NCBI GenBank assembly: GCA_036637915.1
Contig: JAVWLP010000005.1
Location: forward strand, 5,793 to 29,792
Length of the DNA stretch: 24,000 bases
Source: Erysipelothrix sp.
GTDB taxonomy: Bacteria > Bacillota_I > Bacilli_A > Erysipelotrichales > Erysipelotrichaceae
Direction of reading: 5' to 3'
Of the stretch, positions 10,804-17,728 are shown one piece after another; positions within the stretch are counted from its first letter, which is position 1; each line of letters opens with the position of its first letter. The position numbers and the translations under genes are program-made. The notes below the pieces were generated by a model. The model did no database searches and was not told the origin of the DNA. It worked only from the letters and a program-made list of their open reading frames with translations.

Positions 10804-10806
10804 CTT

Positions 10807-11547
10807 TTAGATTTGATTGACTGTATCCAGCATCTTCTTAAGTTTTACAGGATCAACACCATCGTAATCGCCAAGTTCACTGTATCCGTAAGATACATCA
10901 TTCCCTTTAGTAGTAGGGTCTTGGTACCAACCTTTAAACGAGCCGTGAAGTTGTGTAACACCACTTCGTTCGATTAATTCTTTAGCATTCTCAGCATTAA
11001 CTCCAGCACCGAGACACAATTCAATTTTATCGCCATATTTACTTTGGAGTTCTCCCAATAAATCTAACCCTTCTTGTGCAGTGCTCTTAAGACCACTGGT
11101 AAGAATTCGATCAACTTTACAATCAATGAGCGCCTCAATAGCACTATAAGGATTATCAACACGATCAAACGCACGATGGAATACTGCTTCGACATTACTT
11201 TCGTGACATAGATCCACAAATCGTTTTGTCGTCTCAATGTCGACAGAACTGTCTGCGTTTAAAAAACCAAACACGAGTGCATCCGTACCGTGTTTAATCA
11301 AATGTTTCGCATCTTCATACATTGTTTCAATTTCAAGAGGTGTGTAATGAAACCCTCCTGGACGAACACGAACCATACTAACAATAGGTAATCTCGTAAC
11401 CTCTTTTGCTTTTATCAATGTCGCAATACTTGGTGTCAATCCACCAAGATGCACACCGTTATTTAGTTCAATACGATGTGCACCACATTCTTGTGCTATT
11501 TCACAGTCACGAACCGACCCTGCACATACCTCAATACAATATTTCAT
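10807..11547 (-). CDS. cutC: CutC-family TIM-barrel protein
   Basis: 246-aa ORF colinear with my recollection of E. coli CutC (GGLTPS, FHRAFD, RILTSG, GAGV..EN motifs). Confidence 0.8.
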   Translation of the reverse strand: MKYCIEVCAGSVRDCEIAQECGAHRIELNNGVHLGGLTPSIATLIKAKEVTRLPIVSMVRVRPGGFHYTPLEIETMYEDAKHLIKHGTDALVFGFLNADSSVDIETTKRFVDLCHESNVEAVFHRAFDRVDNPYSAIEALIDCKVDRILTSGLKSTAQEGLDLLGELQSKYGDKIELCLGAGVNAENAKELIERSGVTQLHGSFKGWYQDPTTKGNDVSYGYSELGDYDGVDPVKLKKMLDTVNQI

Positions 11548-11557
11548 GTAAATCTCC

Positions 11558-12952
11558 TTATCTTGGATGAATCATTGCTTCTGGTCTTAACGCTTCATCA
11601 ACTTCTGCTTCCGTCATAAGCTTTTGTTCTAATACGATTGCTCTTAATGATTTGTTTTCTTTTAGAGCTTGCTTGGTAATTTCCGATACTTTAGAGTACC
11701 CTAAGTATTTAACAAGCGCTGTTGCCATAGCTAATGAGTGTTCCACATAATCATGAACACGATGTTCATTCACTTTAATATCTTGGATTGCATGAACTCT
11801 TAAAGTCATACATGCATGTCTTAATATTTCTAATGACTCAAATAAGTTATAGAATAGAACAGGTTCAAATACATTAAGTTCCATTTGGCCTGCCTCTGCC
11901 GCCATACTTACGGTCGCATCGTTACCAATTACTTGGAAACAAACTTGGTTAACAACCTCTGGGATAACAGGATTTACTTTTCCTGGCATAATTGAACTTC
12001 CCGGTTGTTTTTCCGGTAGAAAGATTTCATTAAAACCAACTTTTGGACCGGATGCCATCATTCGAATATCATTACATATTCTCGAAAGACCAATCGCAAA
12101 GGTTTTTAGTGACGCATGAACATGTGCAAATCCGTCAATATGCTTGGTTGCATCAATTAAATCTTCAGCACTTACAAACGACTTCCCAGTGATTCGAGAA
12201 AGATTCGTAACAGCATGTTCACGATACCCTGGTACTGAGTTAATTCCCGTACCAACAGCGGTCGCACCTAAGTTTACGATTTGCATTTCACTTAGAGCGC
12301 GTTGAACACGCGATATATCACGACGCATAACGGATTCATAACTGTGGAATACTTGTCCCATAGAAATTAAAACTGCATCTTGAAGGTGAGTTCTCCCTAC
12401 TTTAATAATAGGCTCAAACTCGAGTGCTTTCGCATGGAATGTTTCAGCAAGAAATTCCATTTCTTCAAGTAAGAGTTCCCCTAGATTTAGGACTGTTAGT
12501 TTTCCTGCAGTAGGAATAATATCATTGGTTGATTGTGCACGGTTAACGTGATCATTTGGATGGATGAAATCATATACACCAATCGGTTTCTCCACAATTT
12601 GCGCAGCGCGATTCGCAATGATTTCATTCACATTCATATTCATTGAAGTTCCGGCACCACCTTGAATTGCATCCGTAACAAATTCGTCTTTGAATTTACC
12701 ACTAATGATTTCATCACAGGCAATCACGATAGCATCCTTACGAACTTGATCCAGTTCGTCCACTTCAAAGTTTGCTAGAGCACAAGCCTTCTTAACTTGT
12801 GCTAAAGAAATATACATCATATCATTCACATGACGTCCAGTAATTTGAAAGTTTTGCATCGCACGTACGGTTTGAGCACCATACAATGCGTGACTTGGAA
12901 CTTTCACTTCACCAAGTGAATCATGTTCAATTCTGTATTCGCTGTCTCTCAT
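11558..12952 (-). CDS. aspA: Aspartate ammonia-lyase (aspartase)
   Basis: 464-aa ORF in the fumarase/aspartase superfamily. The signature GSSIMPGKVNPVIPEVVNQVCFQVIGND is aspartase-type (V-I-P-E rather than the fumarase T-Q-C-E). QSTNDIIPTA is also present. Confidence 0.85.
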   Translation of the reverse strand: MRDSEYRIEHDSLGEVKVPSHALYGAQTVRAMQNFQITGRHVNDMMYISLAQVKKACALANFEVDELDQVRKDAIVIACDEIISGKFKDEFVTDAIQGGAGTSMNMNVNEIIANRAAQIVEKPIGVYDFIHPNDHVNRAQSTNDIIPTAGKLTVLNLGELLLEEMEFLAETFHAKALEFEPIIKVGRTHLQDAVLISMGQVFHSYESVMRRDISRVQRALSEMQIVNLGATAVGTGINSVPGYREHAVTNLSRITGKSFVSAEDLIDATKHIDGFAHVHASLKTFAIGLSRICNDIRMMASGPKVGFNEIFLPEKQPGSSIMPGKVNPVIPEVVNQVCFQVIGNDATVSMAAEAGQMELNVFEPVLFYNLFESLEILRHACMTLRVHAIQDIKVNEHRVHDYVEHSLAMATALVKYLGYSKVSEITKQALKENKSLRAIVLEQKLMTEAEVDEALRPEAMIHPR

Positions 12953-12964
12953 TTTGATCTCCTC

Positions 12965-14074
12965 TTATAGATTTCTCAACTTGTAGAGTGCACTACTATA
13001 TATTTTACCATTATTCAAAATATCATCAAGATTCATCCACTCATCTGGTAAGTGAGCAATGTCTTTTTGGCCTGGGAAACTTGGTCCAAATGCAATAATA
13101 TTTGGAATTATTTTTGCATAAGTTCCACCTGTTGTGGTTACTGGAGCTAAACGTTCTCCCATTACTTCTTCATATGCATCTGTAAGTAATGTAATTTCGT
13201 CTGATTCCTTGTCATAGAATACAGGATCCCAGTTATGAGCACATACAACTTCAATACTTTCTGGAGTTACGTTACGAATCATATCAATCAATTCATCCAC
13301 ATTTTTCACTTTTGGGTAACTTAACGAAATTTGGAAAAATAAGTTGTCATCTGACATACCCAATTTATACCCACGCATAATCATCTCACCAAAGTCTTCA
13401 TCTTTAACGTTAATACCAAGTTTCACACCATTATTTGGACTTGAAAGAATGTATTCATTTACGAAATTGTTGAAAACCTCTTGGGAACCGTGATTTACAA
13501 ATTGGATTAATGCACGACCTCTTTCACCATATACCGCTGGCCATTTACAATCGGGTGTCCATCCAAACACGGGTGGATTTTCTTTTGTAAGGTAGTGTTT
13601 AACACAACCAAATCCCGATTCTTCGTTAGTACCGAATACAATTCGTACCGGTTTATTGAATGTTACACCAAGTTCTTTAAGTGCATAGAGCGCATAAAGG
13701 TTTGTAAGAATCGGTCCTTTATTATCGAGGACACCACGCCCCCAAATACGGTCTTTATCAATTGTTCCACCTAGCGGAGGATATGACCAACCTTCACCTA
13801 AAGGCACGACATCAACGTGACCAAAGATTCCGATATAATCACCATCTCCTTCACCGTATTGCGCATAACCAATAATATTATCAATATTTTTTGTTTTAAA
13901 TCCTAGTTCTTCAGCAATTGCGAGAACTTCTAGAAGCGCTTTTTTGGGCATTTCACCATAAGGTGCATCCTCTGTATGCACACCTTCAACTGATTCAATT
14001 GCCACAAGACGTTGGATTGATTTTAAGAGATCAGGCATTAACTCATCCATTTTCGCGTAAATTTGATCGAGCAT
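12965..14074 (-). CDS. M20-family dipeptidase (PepV/Sapep-like, short lid domain)
   Basis: 369-aa ORF with metal and catalytic motifs HVDVVP, GRGVLDNKGP, GTNEESG, GWTPDCKWPAVYGERG and HLPDEW. It is about 100 aa shorter than the typical PepV length I recall. Confidence 0.75.
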   Translation of the reverse strand: MLDQIYAKMDELMPDLLKSIQRLVAIESVEGVHTEDAPYGEMPKKALLEVLAIAEELGFKTKNIDNIIGYAQYGEGDGDYIGIFGHVDVVPLGEGWSYPPLGGTIDKDRIWGRGVLDNKGPILTNLYALYALKELGVTFNKPVRIVFGTNEESGFGCVKHYLTKENPPVFGWTPDCKWPAVYGERGRALIQFVNHGSQEVFNNFVNEYILSSPNNGVKLGINVKDEDFGEMIMRGYKLGMSDDNLFFQISLSYPKVKNVDELIDMIRNVTPESIEVVCAHNWDPVFYDKESDEITLLTDAYEEVMGERLAPVTTTGGTYAKIIPNIIAFGPSFPGQKDIAHLPDEWMNLDDILNNGKIYSSALYKLRNL

Positions 14075-14075
14075 A

Positions 14076-15032
14076 CTATTTTTCCTCCAAAGGTTTCATT
14101 CGGTCACTTAAATATTTATCTAACCATTCTTGAGACGCAACTTCATGAATCATATGATCACCTTCGCGTCTCGTAACATAAACTGTATTTTCTTTTTTTT
14201 CTGTCGCTACAGCAAATGAGAAGTTTTCAATGTTTGACGCAACACCCCACTCACCATTTTTGTTCATCGCAACAATAGAAATGTCTCCAGCTTCGCCACG
14301 ACGTGCAATTAATTCACGATCAAGATCAAATGTTACTTTTTCTACTGCTTCTTGTGGAGAAAATCCTTCTTTCATAAGACGAACGACTTCATAAGAAACA
14401 ACGCCCTTCATGAGGTCTTCTCCCAATCCAGTTGCGGAAGCACCACCGACTTGACTGTCTGCATAAAGTCCTGAACCAATGATTGGAGAATCCCCAACAC
14501 GGCCTTTTTTCTTCATAAACAAGCCGCTGGTTGACGTACCTGCAACGACATTATGTTCGCTATCTACTGATACCATTCCTACTGTATCATGTCCAGAGTA
14601 TGGTGAAATCTCGATTTCGCGCATATCTTTCACGCGGTTTTTATAGTGAATCTTTGCGCGATCGGTTAGCATGTTTTTACGTTCAAATCCTTCTTTGTGA
14701 GCGTAAGCTTCAGCTCCAGCACCAACCAACAAATTATTCACTTTATATTGACTTAAGGAACGTGCAATTGAAATTGGATTTGCAAAATCTTTGATGGCTG
14801 CTATGGCACCTATATTGAATGTTGTTCCATCCATGTATGCTGCATCCAACTCAACTTCCATTTCCTCATTTGGAAGACCTCCATACCCTACAGATTTGTA
14901 GAATGGAAAATCCTCCACTGCTTTAATTGCGGTTTCGATAGCATCTCCAGCACATCCTTTTTCACTCAGGATTTCTGCAGCACTGTCAATTCCTTCTTTA
15001 GCCATGCGCCATGTTGCAATTATGCCCCACAT
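14076..15032 (-). CDS. Glycosylasparaginase-type Ntn hydrolase (N4-(beta-N-acetylglucosaminyl)-L-asparaginase-like)
   Basis: 318-aa ORF with autoprocessing site GHD|T150VGM, plus GRVGDSPIIGSG and ATGLGED. The N-terminus ATW... and SVGYGGLPNEE..LDAAYMDGTT are colinear with remembered human AGA. No signal peptide. Confidence 0.75.
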   Translation of the reverse strand: MWGIIATWRMAKEGIDSAAEILSEKGCAGDAIETAIKAVEDFPFYKSVGYGGLPNEEMEVELDAAYMDGTTFNIGAIAAIKDFANPISIARSLSQYKVNNLLVGAGAEAYAHKEGFERKNMLTDRAKIHYKNRVKDMREIEISPYSGHDTVGMVSVDSEHNVVAGTSTSGLFMKKKGRVGDSPIIGSGLYADSQVGGASATGLGEDLMKGVVSYEVVRLMKEGFSPQEAVEKVTFDLDRELIARRGEAGDISIVAMNKNGEWGVASNIENFSFAVATEKKENTVYVTRREGDHMIHEVASQEWLDKYLSDRMKPLEEK

Positions 15033-15042
15033 ACTAATACCT

Positions 15043-16125
15043 CTACTCTCTATAATTGTAATTCTGACTTAGTATTTTTTCGTATTTTTCAGTTGTTAAA
15101 TCTCTGACGATATATTCAACCAATCGTAATGTTTCTTGGATATCGAATTTATGAACCACGCCACGATGTGTATGCATATATCTCATAGGAATTGATAGGA
15201 TAATTGATGGAATTCCTTCACGTGATTTATGAATGTTTCCGGCATCAGTTCCTCCATCTAGAAAACAACCTAACTGATATTGAATCTTGTTTTCTTTACA
15301 AATTCCTTCAAGATAATTAAGAAGTCCTCGATTTAAGATAGTCATCGAATCAATCACACTAATTGTTACTCCACCACCTAATTTAACAATATTTTGATCT
15401 TCGGGTGTATCACCGGCCACAGTTGTATCAATTGCGATAGCAAGATCGGGATAGATTAAATCTGCCGTTGTTCGAGCACCTCGAAGTCCGACTTCTTCTT
15501 GGACAGTTGCCGCAAGAGTCACTTCATTATTCGTTGGGTTTTTAAGAAGTGATTGCATTAACCACATTCCAACTGCCACACTAGCACGATCATCAAAGGC
15601 CTTACCACAGATATAATTTTCATCATTCATGATACGACTCTTCGATACGAATGCGACCATATCGCCTTCTTTAATACCCATGTTTAGAATTGCTTCTTTA
15701 GTATTTACTCCCATATCTACGTAAACACGATCCATAGGGATCGTTTTACTGCGCTCTTCCATCGTCATTCCATGCATTGCTTTACTACCGATTATACCGA
15801 AGAACTCCTCGTCTTTATCGTTAATAACAACCACGTCTTGACTCATAATGACATGTGGCCAAATACCACCCACAGGCTGTAGGAAAAGATAACCATTAGA
15901 ATCAATTTTTTTCACGTAGAATCCAACTTCATCCATATGTGTTGCCATCATAATTCTTAATCCATTTCCTTCTTGCGTAAATAATGCAGAGCCTATTCCG
16001 TCTTGCTCAAGGGGTAGATTAATTTTTTCTTGTAGGTATCTCACAACTCGATGTTCCATTCCCGAAACACCAAAAATATCAGACAGTTCTAACAAATCAT
16101 CCCAATTGATGTCATGGCTACTCAT
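15043..16125 (-). CDS. M42-family (TET/FrvX/YsdC-like) aminopeptidase, catalytic residues intact
   Basis: 360-aa ORF. All canonical motifs are present: THMDEVGF, KAFDDRA, VQEEVGLRGA, IAIDTTVAGDTP, GGTDAGNIH and RYMHTH. Confidence 0.85.
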   Translation of the reverse strand: MSSHDINWDDLLELSDIFGVSGMEHRVVRYLQEKINLPLEQDGIGSALFTQEGNGLRIMMATHMDEVGFYVKKIDSNGYLFLQPVGGIWPHVIMSQDVVVINDKDEEFFGIIGSKAMHGMTMEERSKTIPMDRVYVDMGVNTKEAILNMGIKEGDMVAFVSKSRIMNDENYICGKAFDDRASVAVGMWLMQSLLKNPTNNEVTLAATVQEEVGLRGARTTADLIYPDLAIAIDTTVAGDTPEDQNIVKLGGGVTISVIDSMTILNRGLLNYLEGICKENKIQYQLGCFLDGGTDAGNIHKSREGIPSIILSIPMRYMHTHRGVVHKFDIQETLRLVEYIVRDLTTEKYEKILSQNYNYRE

Positions 16126-17113
16126 ATCGAGTGCCTCTACAGTTTTGAGTTTCTACAATATGATTTGCATCAAGGGATACCAAATAATGATTTAAGACTT
16201 TGGTAATGTTATCAAGATACTTTGTATCGATAACATTATGAATCGTTTCTTTATATTTTACTGGAATCACCACAACCACTGTAGGGGTTCCAGACAAAGA
16301 TTTATGAATGAATGCCCCATCGGTAGGAAGGTCTGTAAGATGGGCTTGTGGGTTGAAACCACAGCTTCTCGCAGCCTCGTAAAGATCATGTTTGAGAGTT
16401 TGACTTGGTAGAAGAGATTTATCAAAGCTTCTTATAAAAATATCCTTGTCTTCCCAAGCTTCCACATATGCTACATCAATGACGATTGCGATATCAGGGG
16501 TTACCGCTGTTGTGGCAGTAATCGCACCACGTTGTCCAACCACCGAATGAGAAATACCACCTACATTTAAGTTGAAATCAAGCTCATTTACTTCTAGAGA
16601 TTCAAGTAATTTTAAACCAACTTCAATACCGGCTCTATTTGATAAGTTATTAGCTGCTACACTCTCATTTAAGGATTCAAATCGTGGTGTAACTACCACA
16701 AAGTTTCCAACGAGAATTCCCGCTTCTTCTGCTTCCACTTTTGTTTTAAAGCCAGCATCAATAACAAAGTCATCACCTTTTCTCAAAACGATTCCCGATC
16801 TTTTATTATGATGTCTATCAAGAAGTGTTATAAACTGATCATTTAACCATGATTTCTTATAGAGACCAACAATAATGAACTCTAGGCTTCCGTCATCATT
16901 AATTTTAGAAATCATCATGCCACTTTCATCCATATTTGAACTAATCATAACATTGTAGTCAGAATTTCCTTTTTTAACGCCAAAAACAGATCCCAGACGA
17001 TCCTCAATAATTCCTAAACCTTTACTTTTATATAAATCATAAAGATAATCACGAATTTCTTTCTCATCACCAGAAACAGCTGGTAATGCACATAACTCCT
17101 GCAAACGATTCAT
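16118..17113 (-). CDS. M42-like paralogue with degenerate active site (probable pseudo-peptidase)
   Basis: 331-aa ORF colinear with the neighbouring M42. Substitutions are SNMDESGM (His->Asn60), NLSNRAG (Asp->Ser158) and HSVVGQRGA (Glu-Glu->Ser190-Val191). Its 3' end overlaps the downstream M42 start by 8 nt (ATGAGTAG). Confidence 0.7.
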   Translation of the reverse strand: MNRLQELCALPAVSGDEKEIRDYLYDLYKSKGLGIIEDRLGSVFGVKKGNSDYNVMISSNMDESGMMISKINDDGSLEFIIVGLYKKSWLNDQFITLLDRHHNKRSGIVLRKGDDFVIDAGFKTKVEAEEAGILVGNFVVVTPRFESLNESVAANNLSNRAGIEVGLKLLESLEVNELDFNLNVGGISHSVVGQRGAITATTAVTPDIAIVIDVAYVEAWEDKDIFIRSFDKSLLPSQTLKHDLYEAARSCGFNPQAHLTDLPTDGAFIHKSLSGTPTVVVVIPVKYKETIHNVIDTKYLDNITKVLNHYLVSLDANHIVETQNCRGTRYE

Positions 17114-17122
17114 AGTTACTCC

Positions 17123-17641
17123 TTAATATAAGAACGATTCGTAAGTTGATTTTGGTTCGTTCTCAACAACTGCTTTCAGTACTTTTGACATATTTTCTAA
17201 TGAGTCATTTAACCCTGTTCCACCTTTACGTGGCATCTTAATTATTTTCACTGTATCTTTGTATTGTTCAATCACTTCAGCATTCTCTTTCGAGAACATC
17301 GCTACAGCTTTTGTTTCTGTATTTTCTTCAATATATTGTGCAAGAATCGCTGACATTTTCGAATAGTCAGGATAATCAAAACAAGGTCCACAGAGTACAA
17401 CATCTGCTTTTAATTTTGTAGCAAGACCCGCAACTTTACGCTTAACTTCATCCTCATTATCGAAGAAATAGCCGTTACCACAATACATTGTTGCAAGAAC
17501 AACGCCACCTTCTTGTTTAATAAACTTTTCAAACATATGATAAGAACCAATGCCACCTTTTTCAACTGCTAATTCAACATTAGGTCTTTCTTTTCCACCA
17601 GCTCCTGCTTGTGTTTGATCAAAAAATAGTAATACTCTCAT
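17123..17641 (-). CDS. Small protein resembling the N-terminal domain of glycine/sarcosine/betaine reductase protein B (GrdB), function unknown
   Basis: 172-aa ORF. MRVLLFFDQTQAGAGGKERPNVE...GGIGS resembles the GrdB N-terminus as I recall it (VVHY.NQFF.GIGGEEKAD...G.G). No in-frame TGA or selenocysteine, and strong RBS aggagg. The family call is tentative. Confidence 0.4.
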   Translation of the reverse strand: MRVLLFFDQTQAGAGGKERPNVELAVEKGGIGSYHMFEKFIKQEGGVVLATMYCGNGYFFDNEDEVKRKVAGLATKLKADVVLCGPCFDYPDYSKMSAILAQYIEENTETKAVAMFSKENAEVIEQYKDTVKIIKMPRKGGTGLNDSLENMSKVLKAVVENEPKSTYESFLY

Positions 17642-17660
17642 AATGTTCCTCCTAAAATGA

Positions 17661-17709
17661 AACGAAGCAAACTCATGAAGTCCTTATCGGTCTTTCACAA
17701 GTCGCTTCG
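17661..17709 (-). other. Long imperfect intercistronic stem-loop between EIIC and the enzyme genes
   Basis: Outer stem acgaagc / gcttcgt encloses a further ~8 pairs with G-U pairs and a bulge. On the minus strand it is followed by ttcatttt and then the RBS aggagg of the next gene. Confidence 0.4.
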
Positions 17710-17728
17710 TGTTTAATTACATTAATTC

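Noticed and set aside
14076-15032. Annotating the Ntn hydrolase simply as L-asparaginase / isoaspartyl peptidase
   Set aside because: The N-terminal ATW strand and the long colinear stretches match my recollection of aspartylglucosaminidase better than EcAIII-type enzymes. The alternative is kept as the explicit refutation test rather than excluded outright.
5801-16811. Other short overlapping ORFs (5801-6016, 10045-10239, 13918-14133, 14531-14794, 16572-16811)
   Set aside because: Each is embedded in, or antisense to, a gene with clear family motifs (tilS, the transglutaminase-like gene, the M20 dipeptidase, the AGA-type hydrolase, the M42-like gene). None has independent evidence.
15043-17113. 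Calling the two M42 genes cellulase/endoglucanase (the legacy CelM-type annotation, tempting next to a 'cellobiose' PTS)
   Set aside because: The motifs are those of co-catalytic metallo-aminopeptidases (HxDE, D-D-R, QEE, RYxH). The cellulase label for this family is a historical mis-annotation.
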